64,000 bases of DNA from Candidatus Magasanikiibacteriota bacterium (GCA_041666745.1 JBAYGI010000001.1:155095-219094), one strand, 5' to 3'. Shown: positions 6,633 through 16,284, numbered from the stretch's first letter. Notes: generated from the letters alone by a model not told the origin. A program made the numbers and translations.

Positions 6633-8087
6633 ATGTATATGTTCAAAAGAAACCGCCAAGAAAATTATCCGAATTTATTGTTTCCGCGCCTGTCTCCTTG
6701 GGAGCAGGAGTTTACTTTTGGGGCGGGGGCGGTTTTGTTATTTTGGTCAATGTTATTGCTTTTGCCGTTGCAGATGTTTTTGAGTTTTGGTTTGGTTTTG
6801 TTGGCGATATTTTTGACCATCGCTTTTATTTTTAAATTGGAATTGCTTTTTTATATTTTGACCACCGTTTCTTTTTTTAGCGGTTGGGAGATTTCTTTTT
6901 CCAAATATGAATGGGCGAGAAATGTAGTTTATCTTTCTTCGGTCAATGCGCCGCTGGGGGATTTTATCGGGGTGATGTTGTTGGGGTTGTCGGTACTGGC
7001 GATTATTTTTGGGCGTTTGCATCCGGTTTGGAAAGAAAAAAAGATTTTGTTAAAATTATCCGGCTTGTATATTTTATTTTTATTATGGTCGCTGGTTTGC
7101 GCGCTGTTGGCGGTGGATCATAGTTGGTTGGCTAGTCTGAAATATTTGGCGCGCAATATGTTATTTGTTTATTTGGTGTTTGTGGTTTTGCCGGTAATTT
7201 TGATAGACAAATTGGACACGATAAAAAATATTTTAAAAATTTGGTTTGGGGTCGGATTGCTCGCGGCCGCGTTTGGTTTTTCTTCCTTGTATTTTTTTGC
7301 GCAAACCGGTTGGCCACGGGTGACACCGTATGGTATTGCCGGTTTTGCTCCGTTGGGTTACAACCACAATTTGATAGCGGAAATGTTGGTGGTAGTTTTG
7401 CCCGCCGGTCTGTATTTATTTTTGAAAGCCAAAACTGAAAAACAAAAACAATGGTATTTTTTGGGAATAATTTTTACCTTGCTTGCGGCGTTGTTGACTT
7501 TGTCGCGCGCGGCGTGGATTACTATTTTTGCGCAAGTGGCGGTGTTGGGTGTGGTATATTGGTCGGAAATAAAATCTCGATTAAAGAAAATTAGCTATCT
7601 AAATTTTTATTTGGTGTTGGCGGGGCTGGCCGTGTTTGGTTATATGATTTTCTTTTTGACCACTCCGATTGTGCAGAGTTCCACCAGTTCGCGTTTTGCG
7701 ATGACCGACATTTCATTTTTCTTGGCCAATCGTTCGCCGGTGCATGGCTATGGTCCGGGAATGTTTGTGGAAATACTTGGCGGTGTTCGAGATTGGACGC
7801 AAGAATATGGCGAAGCGCTGGACGCTCATGGGATTGTGCAAAAAATAATTGTGGAGGATGGTTATGTTGGTCTGGTTTTGATTTTGTTGTTTTTGTTTTA
7901 TTTGTTCAAAAAATTGTGGAAGGTTTATTTGCAATCGGATGACCGAGAATTATATATGGTTTTATTTATGTCGGTGGTGGGCGCGGTGGTTTTCCAATTT
8001 TTCAACACTTCATATTTTACCAGTGTGATGTGGTTGCCGATCGGATTGGCATTGAGTGCCACGACATTTTTGAAAAAAGATTTATAA
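6633..8087 (+). CDS. Polytopic membrane protein, O-antigen ligase/polymerase (Wzy_C)-like
   Basis: At least 10 hydrophobic helices plus a periplasmic loop carrying ...HGYGPGMF..., in a glycosyltransferase context. The true start may lie downstream of the first M. Confidence 0.5.
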   Translation: MYMFKRNRQENYPNLLFPRLSPWEQEFTFGAGAVLLFWSMLLLLPLQMFLSFGLVLLAIFLTIAFIFKLELLFYILTTVSFFSGWEISFSKYEWARNVVYLSSVNAPLGDFIGVMLLGLSVLAIIFGRLHPVWKEKKILLKLSGLYILFLLWSLVCALLAVDHSWLASLKYLARNMLFVYLVFVVLPVILIDKLDTIKNILKIWFGVGLLAAAFGFSSLYFFAQTGWPRVTPYGIAGFAPLGYNHNLIAEMLVVVLPAGLYLFLKAKTEKQKQWYFLGIIFTLLAALLTLSRAAWITIFAQVAVLGVVYWSEIKSRLKKISYLNFYLVLAGLAVFGYMIFFLTTPIVQSSTSSRFAMTDISFFLANRSPVHGYGPGMFVEILGGVRDWTQEYGEALDAHGIVQKIIVEDGYVGLVLILLFLFYLFKKLWKVYLQSDDRELYMVLFMSVVGAVVFQFFNTSYFTSVMWLPIGLALSATTFLKKDL

Positions 8088-8090
8088 TTT

Positions 8091-9176
8091 ATGAAACACA
8101 TTGTTCAAATTATTCCGGCGCTGGGATATGGAGGAGCCGAGCGATTGGTGGTGGATTTGATAAATAATAGCGATAGCGCAAAATACCGTTTTTCGGTGAT
8201 TGTTTTTTTTGATAATATTCCATTGAAAACTTTGATCGAAAAAAAGGCGGAGGTAATTTTGGTAGAAAAAAATTCCAAATTGGATTTTAATTTTTTAAAT
8301 AGATTGGAAAAACAATTGACCGAATTGAAGCCGGACTTGGTGCACGGTCATTTGTTTGCCGGAGATTTTTGGGGGCGATTGGCGGCTCATCGAATTGGCG
8401 TGCCGTATTTGAGCACCGAACACAACTTGAATCACGACGACGGTTGTCTGAAAAATTTTATTAAAAAAATAGTGTCTAATAAAAAAGATTATTATGTGGC
8501 TTGTTCGGAGGCGGTGGCCGGTTATATGAGGAGGGTTTACAATATTAAAAATGAGATTACCGTGATTCGCAATGGTATTGATTTGAATCGTTTTGCCAGT
8601 TTGGCGCCGTCCGCTTGGCAGATACCTTTAAATTTTTTAATGGTTGGGCGTTTGGTCAAACAAAAAGGACATTTGGTTGCTTTGTCGGCATTAAATAATT
8701 TGAAAAACTATCCTTGGAAATTGAGAATAGTAGGGTCGGGAAAAGAAAAAAAGAATTTACAAAAATTCGTAATGAAAAATGATTTATCCACTCGGGTGAC
8801 ATTTGTTGATCCGTTGGTAAAAGTAGAAAAGTATTTTGGCAAGTCGGATGTGTTGTTGATGCCGTCTGTCTGGGAGGGGTTGGGCGTGGTAGTGATGGAG
8901 GCGATGGCTAGTGGGCGAGTGGTGTTGTGTTCCAAAACCGGTGGTTTGGTTGAGATAATAAAAAACAACGAAACAGGATATTTGGCTCAGCCAAAAAATA
9001 TTGCCGATTGGGAAGAAAAAATAAAATATATTTTTGAAAATAAAGATGAATGTCAACGAGTGACAAAGAACGCGCAAAAATATGCCAAAGAAAATTTTGG
9101 GATTGAAAAAATGGTGGAAAAGTATGGTGAGATTTATTCTCTTGTAATTAATAGATTCCCGCTTTCGCGGGAATGA
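8091..9176 (+). CDS. Glycosyltransferase family 4 (GT-B)
   Basis: C-terminal EX7E-type motif LMPSVWEGLGVVVMEAMASG. The last 7 codons and the stop are supplied by a REP element (RFPLSRE*). Confidence 0.7.
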   Translation: MKHIVQIIPALGYGGAERLVVDLINNSDSAKYRFSVIVFFDNIPLKTLIEKKAEVILVEKNSKLDFNFLNRLEKQLTELKPDLVHGHLFAGDFWGRLAAHRIGVPYLSTEHNLNHDDGCLKNFIKKIVSNKKDYYVACSEAVAGYMRRVYNIKNEITVIRNGIDLNRFASLAPSAWQIPLNFLMVGRLVKQKGHLVALSALNNLKNYPWKLRIVGSGKEKKNLQKFVMKNDLSTRVTFVDPLVKVEKYFGKSDVLLMPSVWEGLGVVVMEAMASGRVVLCSKTGGLVEIIKNNETGYLAQPKNIADWEEKIKYIFENKDECQRVTKNAQKYAKENFGIEKMVEKYGEIYSLVINRFPLSRE

Positions 9177-9178
9177 CA
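9154..9178 (-). repeat. REP-like hairpin repeat (reverse orientation) forming the 3' end of the GT4 ORF
   Basis: GATTCCCGCTTTCGCGGGAATGACA. Confidence 0.7.
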
Positions 9179-9179
9179 G

Positions 9180-10190
9180 TTGTATATGAATACAAAAATG
9201 CCGGTTGATTGTGTGGTGGCGCTGACTTATCGCTGTAATGCGCGTTGCACTATGTGCGATATTTGGAAAATAAAAGATTCACCCGAATTGACGTTGGCGG
9301 ATTTGGAAAAATTGCCGAATAGTTTGCGGGATATAAATTTGTCCGGTGGTGAGCCATTTTTGCGAACAGATTTGCCGGAGATTGTGGCGACCATAAAAAA
9401 ATCTTGCCCCAAAGCTCGGTTGGTTATTTCCACCAATGGTTTTTTGACGTCGGTAATAGCCAAGGTGATGCCGAAGATTTTGAAAATTGCGCCGGATATC
9501 GGGGTGGCTTTTTCTATTGATGGTATCGGAAGTATGCATGATGAGATGCGTGGCATACCAGGGGGTTTTGATAAAGTGACTGCCTCGGTCAAAGCGCTCA
9601 AAGATATGGGGATGACCAATTTGCGTTTGGCTTTTACGATTAGCGAATACAATACCAATCATTTTGGTAAAGTTTATGATTTGGCGCAGAAGTTGGGCGT
9701 GCAGTTCACGCACAGTTTCGCTCAAAGCAGTGAATTTTATTTTGGCGGTAAACAAAATATCAATATTCCCAGACGAGATTTACTTGAGACGGCTTACAAA
9801 CATATTATTGGCAGTGAATTAAAAAGCTGGAATATGAAACGTTGGGCGAGAGCGTTTTTTGCCGACGGTATGTTTCGATTTATTACCAGTAAAAATCCGG
9901 TTTTAGATAATGCTCCGGGGCGCGAGTTTTTCTTTTTGGATCCGAGCGGAGATATTTATCCATCGGTGGTGCATAATGTAATTTTGGGCAATATTCGTCA
10001 GGTTGGTAATTTTGCCAAGTTTTGGAACAGTTCATCGGTCGAAGAACAACGAAAAAAAGTAGACGAGCTCCAAGTGCCGGTTTGGATGGTTTGCACGGCG
10101 CGCACCGCCATAATGCGTCATCCGTTTGCAGTTGGTTTTTGGATTTTGAAAAATAAAATATTTGGATATGAAAATTGTATTAGTAAATAA
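9180..10190 (+). CDS. Radical SAM domain protein
   Basis: CNARCTMCDIWK is a CxxxCxxC cluster near the N-terminus. It sits within a surface-glycan gene cluster. Confidence 0.65.
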   Translation: MYMNTKMPVDCVVALTYRCNARCTMCDIWKIKDSPELTLADLEKLPNSLRDINLSGGEPFLRTDLPEIVATIKKSCPKARLVISTNGFLTSVIAKVMPKILKIAPDIGVAFSIDGIGSMHDEMRGIPGGFDKVTASVKALKDMGMTNLRLAFTISEYNTNHFGKVYDLAQKLGVQFTHSFAQSSEFYFGGKQNINIPRRDLLETAYKHIIGSELKSWNMKRWARAFFADGMFRFITSKNPVLDNAPGREFFFLDPSGDIYPSVVHNVILGNIRQVGNFAKFWNSSSVEEQRKKVDELQVPVWMVCTARTAIMRHPFAVGFWILKNKIFGYENCISK

Positions 10191-11358
10191 ATTTTGGTAT
10201 CCGCGGGGTGGGGCGGAAAAGATGGTCTTGTTGACCAAGGAACTTTTGGAAAACGCCGGACACGATGTGGAGATTTTTGGTATGAATCATCCGGATAATT
10301 TATTTTCCAATAAATATTTTACGGATTTTGTGGATTATAAAAAATTGGGCTGGTTATCCAAAATAAAATTTGGCGCGCGCGTGATTTATAATGCTCAAGC
10401 CAAAAAGAATTTTTCCAAATTGTTGGCGGATTTCCAACCGGAGGTAGTGCATTTTCACAATATCTATCACCAGCTGTCTTGTTCGATTATCGAAGCGGTG
10501 GCGGAGAAAAAAATCAAATCGGTAATGACTTTGCATGATTACAAATTTATTAGTCCGAACTACAATCTATACCACCATGGTAAAATCGCCGAAGATGGTG
10601 TGGGTGGGAAATATTTTCAATGTCTTTTGAACAATTGCATGGAAAATGTTTCGGATAGTTTGTTGGCGACTTTGGAAGCTTATTTTGTCGAGGGCAAAGG
10701 CTACAAAAACATGATCAACAAATATCTCAGCCCGAGCAATTTTTTACGAGACAAATTTATCAAAGCCGGATTTGATGCCAAAAATATTTTGTGTGTGTCA
10801 AACGCGTTGGCCAGCGACGAGTTTCAAATGAGCGATGGTGATAGCGGGTATGTGGCGTATGTCGGACGACTATCTCACGAAAAAGGTGTTAGATATTTAT
10901 TGGCCGTGGCGGAAACATTACCAAAAATAAATTTTAAAATTGTCGGTGATGGTCCGGAGCGCGCGGAATTGGAAAAAACAAAATCAGCCAAAAATTTAAC
11001 CAACGTCGAATTTGTCGGACAAAAAAGTGGCGCCGAATTGGCCGGTTTAATTTCGGGAGCGCGCTTGTTGGTGGCTCCTTCGGTGTGGTATGAAAATGCC
11101 CCGTTGAGTATTTTGGAAGCTAAAGCGCGTGGTAAAATTGTCATCGCCAGTGATATCGGTGGTATTTCGGAAATGTTGCCAGCTGAATTATTGGTCGCTC
11201 CGGCCGATTCCGTCGCTTTGTCGCAAAAAATAAAAGAATGGTTTGAAAAAGGTGAAACAAAACGCCAATCGATGAGCGTGCAATTGTTTGAACAGGTCAA
11301 AAAAGAAAACAGTCCGGAGGTTTATTTGCAGAAATTGTTAAAAGTTTATTCAGAATAA
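10162..11358 (+). CDS. Glycosyltransferase family 4
   Basis: N-terminal KIVLVNKFWYPRGGAEKMV and C-terminal SVWYENAPLSILEAKARGKIVIASDIGG. Confidence 0.7.
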   Translation: MDMKIVLVNKFWYPRGGAEKMVLLTKELLENAGHDVEIFGMNHPDNLFSNKYFTDFVDYKKLGWLSKIKFGARVIYNAQAKKNFSKLLADFQPEVVHFHNIYHQLSCSIIEAVAEKKIKSVMTLHDYKFISPNYNLYHHGKIAEDGVGGKYFQCLLNNCMENVSDSLLATLEAYFVEGKGYKNMINKYLSPSNFLRDKFIKAGFDAKNILCVSNALASDEFQMSDGDSGYVAYVGRLSHEKGVRYLLAVAETLPKINFKIVGDGPERAELEKTKSAKNLTNVEFVGQKSGAELAGLISGARLLVAPSVWYENAPLSILEAKARGKIVIASDIGGISEMLPAELLVAPADSVALSQKIKEWFEKGETKRQSMSVQLFEQVKKENSPEVYLQKLLKVYSE

Positions 11359-11365
11359 ACTTTCA

Positions 11366-13345
11366 ATGAATAAAATATTTTACAGATCAATAGCGGCGAT
11401 TTTCATCGGCCTATTTGTGTCGGTATTTTGTTATTTTAATTATTTCGTCAAATCCGCGCCAATTTTGGCCAATTATTATTTGCGTTGGGATCTGCCAAAT
11501 AGTGAAGTGGAAAACCTCGCCAAGTGGGATCTGCTTATTTTGGATATGGAAAATCAGGTGACCAGTCCGGATAAAATAAGAAAAATCAGACAGTTGCATC
11601 CGGGGATAAAAATTTTGGCCTATGTTACTTCTCAAGAAATAAAAAATAACAATCTCGGGGTGATGCGCGCCAAATTGAAAAATGGTATTAGTGACAGTTG
11701 GTATTTGCGTCGCAGTAATGGTGATAAAATATCTTTTTGGCCCGGTACGACCATGCTCAATCCGACTGATCTATGTCCGCTCAGCGGTGGTCAGCGCTGG
11801 CATGATTATCTGGCTAGTTTTGTAAGCAACGAAGTGCTGTCCACCGGTTTATGGGATGGTGTTTTTTATGATAATGCTTGGGGTGATTTGACTTGGTTTA
11901 CCGGTAACAATGTGGATTTGAATTTGGACAACCAACCGGATGTTAATATAGATAAATATTGGAATGCCGGTATGACCGCCTTGTTCAATACGACTCGGGA
12001 TTTGTCCGGAGGAAATTTTGTGATTGTCGGTAATGCCATGACTAGAGAATATGCCAATGATCTCAACGGTATGATGTATGAAAATTTTCAAAACCATATT
12101 TGGCAGGATGTGATGTATGCCATCAAAACCGAAATGAACGGCAATTTGAAACCGCGAATTATTATTATCAATGCCAACGCGAACAACACCGGCAATAAAC
12201 AAGATTATAAAACGATGCGTTATGGTCTGGGAAGCGCTTTGGTCGGCGGGGCGTATTATTCGTATGATGATGGTGACCAAAGTCATAGTCAGACTTGGTG
12301 GTATGATGAATACGATGTAAAACTTGGCAATCCGGTTGGTGAGGCGAGGACAACTGATGGAAAAACACAAATAAAAGAAGATGTGTGGCGACGAGATTAT
12401 GAAAATGGATTGGCATTGGTGAATTCCACCGGAGTAGCGCAAACGGTAAATCTAGGAGATGATTATGAAAAAATAATTGGCAAGCAAGATTCGACAATCA
12501 ACGATGGGTCAATAGTGGATAGAGTAAAATTAAACGCGCGCGATGGTTTGGTGTTGCGTAAAGTGGTGCAAAATATTTTTAATACTCCATTTAACAATGG
12601 CAGTATGGTTCGGTTTTATGACGCGCGGGGCAATCGCGCTCGCAATGGTTTCTTTGCTTTTGTGTCCAATGTCGCCGGCGGGTCGCGAGTGTTTGTTGGT
12701 GATTTGAATGGTGATGGCAGTAATGAAAAAATAGTTGGCGGTAATGGTCGCTTTGAGATTTTTAATTCGGCCAATTTACATTGGTTCGATGATTATCCAT
12801 TTGGTGGAGATAATATAAAAGAAATGCGTTTTAGTGTTGGTAAAAGTTTCAATGGTGAAATAAAAATTTTGGCTACGCCGACTATTGGCAATCGGGGAGT
12901 GTTGTACAATTATCACGGCGGAGTGTTGAAAGAAGATTTTTTACCATTTGGAACAAAATATAACGCCGGATTTTTTGGGGCGCTGGGAAATTTTGATGGC
13001 GGATCAAAACTGGAAGTGGCAGTCGGTTCGGGTGGCGCGAGAGTAGGAGAGGTGTTGGTTTTTGACGCGGATTTACAAAAAATAAAATACCGTTTTTTTC
13101 CTTTTGATAAAAAGTTTACCGGCAAAGTAAAAGTGTCTGCCGGTGATACCAATGGCGATGGGAAAGCGGAGATAATCACGATGGGGAAGATAGGTACCAA
13201 AAACACTATCCGGATTTTTGATAATAAGGGCAAAAAACTGTCAGAATTCGCGGTGAGTAGCCCACTTGGAGGTGGGGAATTGAATATTGGCGCAACCGAC
13301 GTCAATTTTGACGGAAAAGATGAGATTGTGGTGGATGGAGGCTAA
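11366..13345 (+). CDS. Membrane-anchored extracytoplasmic protein: putative glycoside-hydrolase-like TIM-barrel domain plus C-terminal FG-GAP/VCBS-like repeats
   Basis: N-terminal TM helix. C-terminal repeats GDLNGDGSNE, GDTNGDGKAEII and VNFDGKDEIVVDGG. Confidence 0.45.
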   Translation: MNKIFYRSIAAIFIGLFVSVFCYFNYFVKSAPILANYYLRWDLPNSEVENLAKWDLLILDMENQVTSPDKIRKIRQLHPGIKILAYVTSQEIKNNNLGVMRAKLKNGISDSWYLRRSNGDKISFWPGTTMLNPTDLCPLSGGQRWHDYLASFVSNEVLSTGLWDGVFYDNAWGDLTWFTGNNVDLNLDNQPDVNIDKYWNAGMTALFNTTRDLSGGNFVIVGNAMTREYANDLNGMMYENFQNHIWQDVMYAIKTEMNGNLKPRIIIINANANNTGNKQDYKTMRYGLGSALVGGAYYSYDDGDQSHSQTWWYDEYDVKLGNPVGEARTTDGKTQIKEDVWRRDYENGLALVNSTGVAQTVNLGDDYEKIIGKQDSTINDGSIVDRVKLNARDGLVLRKVVQNIFNTPFNNGSMVRFYDARGNRARNGFFAFVSNVAGGSRVFVGDLNGDGSNEKIVGGNGRFEIFNSANLHWFDDYPFGGDNIKEMRFSVGKSFNGEIKILATPTIGNRGVLYNYHGGVLKEDFLPFGTKYNAGFFGALGNFDGGSKLEVAVGSGGARVGEVLVFDADLQKIKYRFFPFDKKFTGKVKVSAGDTNGDGKAEIITMGKIGTKNTIRIFDNKGKKLSEFAVSSPLGGGELNIGATDVNFDGKDEIVVDGG

Positions 13346-13389
13346 GTTGAGCCAAAAAGACAGTCAGTTGATAAACGACGAAATACCCC

Positions 13390-13418
13390 TTGACAAAGGG
13401 GCGTTTTTGTGCTATTAT
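13390..13418 (+). promoter_or_regulatory. sigma70-like promoter (TTGACA-17-TATTAT)
   Basis: TTGACA at 13390-13395 and TATTAT at 13413-13418, at the head of GC-rich cassette 4. Confidence 0.6.
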
Positions 13419-13456
13419 ATACAGTTATTATTTGTCATAATAATAGCTCAGATTAG

Positions 13457-13470
13457 CTCTTTAAAACTTA
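13457..13470 (+). repeat. Cassette boundary box A, variant copy 4
   Basis: GCTCTTTAAAACTTA. Confidence 0.5.
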
Positions 13471-13477
13471 AACAAAA

Positions 13478-13715
13478 ACTACTCAACCTACGTGGAAGTA
13501 AGCACATGTCATCCGACTGTCATTCCCGTGAAAACGGGAATCTAACATATCCTTACTCCCACGCAGGTTCCAGGCGTCGGGGGGTTGCACCTTGTTGGTG
13601 TATGCCTTCCCTACGCTAGGGAAAAACGTGTACAGCGTTCAGTGTTTTAACCCCTTCGTTCCATCAGTGGTAGCCAATCCATCTGTATGGGACAACTGTC
13701 CATTAGGAGGACAAC
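13478..13715 (+). promoter_or_regulatory. Conserved structured 5' leader, copy 2
   Basis: Aligns with 498-726 at about 85% identity. A compensatory pair change occurs in the outer stem (GTAAA/TTTAC versus GTAAG/CTTAC). The GGAC-GTCC-GGAC switch is conserved. A uORF ends in ATGA overlapping the main start. Confidence 0.55.
13507..13548 (+). repeat. REP-like hairpin repeat (with a partial duplicate TGTCATCCGAC)
   Basis: TGTCATCCGAC followed by TGTCATTCCCGTGAAAACGGGAATCTAACAT. Confidence 0.7.
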
Positions 13716-14255
13716 ATGACCATGCCCGTTAACCAAGCTCAGAGCGGTTCGACTCAGCGTCTCAATCTCGGTGCCGCCAATGCCAAGCCCGACAATTCGT
13801 CGCTGGGAGTCTGGATCATGATCGGTGTTGGCATAGCGATCTTCGGCCTCATCCTCGCGATCATCGGCATCGTCAAGGCCAGTTCGGCCGACGATCACGC
13901 CGACGTGGTTGGTCAGGCAGTCGTTTCGCTCAGCGCAGAACACGCCAAGCTGGCGACAAAGGTCGACACCAATCAGGCGGCGACCGTCACCCAGTTGGCC
14001 GCGAAGGTTTCGAAGGCTGAATTCGACGCGGCGATCGCGAAGCTCGACGCCAAGGCCGAACAGAGCGTCGTCGACAAGTTGAAGACTGAACTTGGCGACA
14101 AAGCCAGCAACCGCAGTGTCACTGACCTGCGAAATCTGCTTGGTGACAAGGCCGACACGAAGGCTCTTCGGAGTCTGGCGCGCAAGCTGAAGCGGCTTGA
14201 TGCACGTGTCGAAGGTCTCGCTCTCCCAGAGCAGGCCACCAACACCGAGCAGTAG
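13716..14255 (+). CDS. GC-rich bitopic membrane protein with an extracytoplasmic Ala/Lys-rich coiled-coil region
   Basis: 179 aa. TM helix VWIMIGVGIAIFGLILAIIGIV. SD AGGAGG. High GC. Same architecture as the 727-1473 protein but unrelated in sequence. Confidence 0.6.
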   Translation: MTMPVNQAQSGSTQRLNLGAANAKPDNSSLGVWIMIGVGIAIFGLILAIIGIVKASSADDHADVVGQAVVSLSAEHAKLATKVDTNQAATVTQLAAKVSKAEFDAAIAKLDAKAEQSVVDKLKTELGDKASNRSVTDLRNLLGDKADTKALRSLARKLKRLDARVEGLALPEQATNTEQ

Positions 14256-14410
14256 TCCATTCCGACGCAATGTCGGACATCGTAGTAGTCACCTTGATTT
14301 TGAAGGTGACAGCTCGATGAGGACGCAAACCCCGAAAGGGTGTGCGGGAACGAAAGTTCCCGCACATACCGCTTAGTAAATAAACATTTGTTTATTGAGC
14401 AGACTAAAAA

Positions 14411-14437
14411 ATCCACTTATGATAGTGGATTTTTTAT
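14411..14437 (+). terminator. Rho-independent terminator
   Basis: ATCCACT-TATGAT-AGTGGAT followed by TTTTTTATTT. It is preceded by three further hairpins between 14280 and 14370. Confidence 0.65.
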
Positions 14438-14445
14438 TTCTCATT

Positions 14446-14510
14446 TGTCATTCCCGTGAAAACGGGAATCTGTTTAAATAATAAGATTCCCGTTTTCACG
14501 GGAATGACAG
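14446..14510. repeat. Palindromic pair of REP-like units
   Basis: TGTCATTCCCGTGAAAACGGGAATC, a 15-nt spacer, then GATTCCCGTTTTCACGGGAATGACA. Confidence 0.75.
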
Positions 14511-14514
14511 GCTT

Positions 14515-15468
14515 TTATTCCCCAGTGATTAGACAAACTATCGGTCCGGTGAATTTCCAATTTTGTTTTGTTGCTTGTTGGAGTCCAACAATCGACAGGG
14601 CGCTGTTGGATGAAAGTTTTATTTTTTCGGTTTTATATACTAGTTTTATTATATCTTTTATCTGTGTGTCATCGGCAACCCAACCAAACCCTCGACTGCT
14701 TTTTATATCCGCCACCACCATTTCTTTGCGGTGAGCGACATTGTCCACAATCGCGCCGGCTAGTGATATCTTTGTCATTCCCGCGAAAGCGGGAATCTGA
14801 GAATTGTTGATAGATCCCCGCATTCGCGAGGATGACAAACATGAGGATGACAGGGACAACGCATCCGTTATCGGATGGCAAGCGGTAGTTTGGACAATAT
14901 GAATTTGTGGTGTTAGTTTTAACTTTTTAAAACCATTGTATAGCCCTTGAGCGGTAGTGCCACTGCTGGTTGGAATAAACACAGCAGATAGATTTTTTAT
15001 TTTACTTAATTCTAGGGCGAGTTGTTCATAACCAAGTAAAGCTAGGTCGTCGGTTGACTGGCGCAATATTTTTGCCTGCCCTGATTTGTCCATTTGAAAA
15101 GCCGACTGTTTTGGATTTTTGGTTTGGGTGATGGTGATGTTTTTCGACATTACCTTTTTTAATAATCCGAGTTTGTTTTTGTCTATTTTTTCACCCACAA
15201 AAATCTGTAAAGACAATTTGTTTTTATGTTTTTGATTGTATTTTTTGATATACAAACCGGTAGCCAACGCGGCATTTCCCGAAGAAGATATCACAAAATT
15301 GACCTGTCCTTGTTTGACATAGGTATCGATCATAATTGGCAGAGAACGCCCTTTGTGCGAACCCAGCGGATGCAAGTCTTCTCTCTTGAAATAGAGTGGC
15401 ACCGCCAAGCCGAGCGTTTTGGCCAATTTTTGAGGTTTTGTTTGGGGGGTAATCATAGGTCTTGCCAA
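14515..15468 (-). CDS. PLP-dependent enzyme, fold type II (threonine synthase/cysteine synthase-like), carrying an in-frame REP-derived insert of about 27 aa
   Basis: GSHKGRS PLP-lysine motif near the N-terminus. The insert ...LSSSRMRGSINNSQIPAFAGMTKIS... is encoded by the REP units at 14773-14855. Confidence 0.55.
   Translation of the reverse strand: MARPMITPQTKPQKLAKTLGLAVPLYFKREDLHPLGSHKGRSLPIMIDTYVKQGQVNFVISSSGNAALATGLYIKKYNQKHKNKLSLQIFVGEKIDKNKLGLLKKVMSKNITITQTKNPKQSAFQMDKSGQAKILRQSTDDLALLGYEQLALELSKIKNLSAVFIPTSSGTTAQGLYNGFKKLKLTPQIHIVQTTACHPITDALSLSSSCLSSSRMRGSINNSQIPAFAGMTKISLAGAIVDNVAHRKEMVVADIKSSRGFGWVADDTQIKDIIKLVYKTEKIKLSSNSALSIVGLQQATKQNWKFTGPIVCLITGE
14773..14855. repeat. Two REP-like units inside the PLP enzyme gene, in-frame
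   Basis: TGTCATTCCCGCGAAAGCGGGAATC at 14773-14797 and ATCCCCGCATTCGCGAGGATGACA at 14814-14837, plus a partial GAGGATGACA. Confidence 0.7.
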
Positions 15469-15528
15469 AGTTGATTATTTTTGGTATACTTGTTTTTGCT
15501 TTTGTTATTTAGTTTATTTTATAGCTTT

Positions 15529-15693
15529 ATGATTCTAATTTGCACAGAATGTAAAAATCCAGTCGACCTCACCTCTTATCCGGATTTGGATACCGGTCAC
15601 GTACTCGAATGCGAGATGTGTGGTATTACTTTGGAAGTCATCTCGATTGATGACGACAAGGTCAAAGCCGAAGTGGTAGACGAAGGCAAATAA
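15529..15693 (+). CDS. LysW-like zinc-ribbon mini-protein (amino-group carrier protein family fold)
   Basis: MILICTECKNPVDLTSYPDLDTGHVLECEMCGITLEVISIDDDKVKAEVVDEGK fits the CxxC...C..CG..LEV... pattern with an acidic tail. The tail ends ...DEGK rather than a C-terminal Glu. Confidence 0.45.
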   Translation: MILICTECKNPVDLTSYPDLDTGHVLECEMCGITLEVISIDDDKVKAEVVDEGK

Positions 15694-15702
15694 ACAGTCT
15701 AG

Positions 15703-15730
15703 AAGCTCCGAATCGTCGGGGCTTTTTTAT
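15703..15730. terminator. Bidirectional intrinsic terminator
   Basis: AAGCTCCG-AATCGT-CGGGGCTT followed by TTTTTTATTT. It lies between convergent genes. Confidence 0.6.
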
Positions 15731-16284
15731 TTACCAAAAATCTGTTTTTTGAATTTCGCCAATTCTGTTTTTCCCTTTAGTTGCATTTTCAAAATATCGC
15801 AGACAAATTGGTTGTTCCATTTTGGCAGAGCAATCGTATCTTTGATAAACTGATCAAAACTTTGTTTGACAAGGGTGATTTTTTCTCCAGCATCCAGGTG
15901 TTGCTCAGCTACTTTTTCGCAATCTCGAGCGATGTAATAATAAATCGTCCAATTCATTTTGTGTACCGGTTCGTAGGTTTTGAGCAACTTCCATTTTTTG
16001 GAGACCATACCGGATTCTTCCAACAATTCTCGCTTGGCCGCCACTAATATATCTTCACCCTTATCTACGCGTCCGCCCAAAAGTCCGTGATCACGTTTTT
16101 GATTCGGTTGAATTTCTTTGGTGGTCAAGATTTTGTCACCTTGGGTGGCGATGATCTGCACAGTATCCGGCCGGCCAATCATTTCGAAAGTGGCAGTCGA
16201 ACCATCAAACATTTTTTGCGGCCATTGATAAACATCAAAAATTTCTCCAGTAAAAACTTTCTTGGCCTGTCGTGGAATTTTCAT
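15727..16284 (-). CDS. NUDIX hydrolase
   Basis: Nudix box GGRVDKGEDILVAAKRELLEESG. Confidence 0.75.
   Translation of the reverse strand: MKIPRQAKKVFTGEIFDVYQWPQKMFDGSTATFEMIGRPDTVQIIATQGDKILTTKEIQPNQKRDHGLLGGRVDKGEDILVAAKRELLEESGMVSKKWKLLKTYEPVHKMNWTIYYYIARDCEKVAEQHLDAGEKITLVKQSFDQFIKDTIALPKWNNQFVCDILKMQLKGKTELAKFKKQIFGK

Noticed and set aside
480-14440. GC-rich islands as metagenome mis-assembly or contamination
   Set aside because: The islands contain the host-specific REP hairpin. Host-style SD sequences and promoters precede each ORF. Boundary boxes are shared between loci 13 kb apart. I cannot exclude it without read evidence, so the check is listed in the findings.
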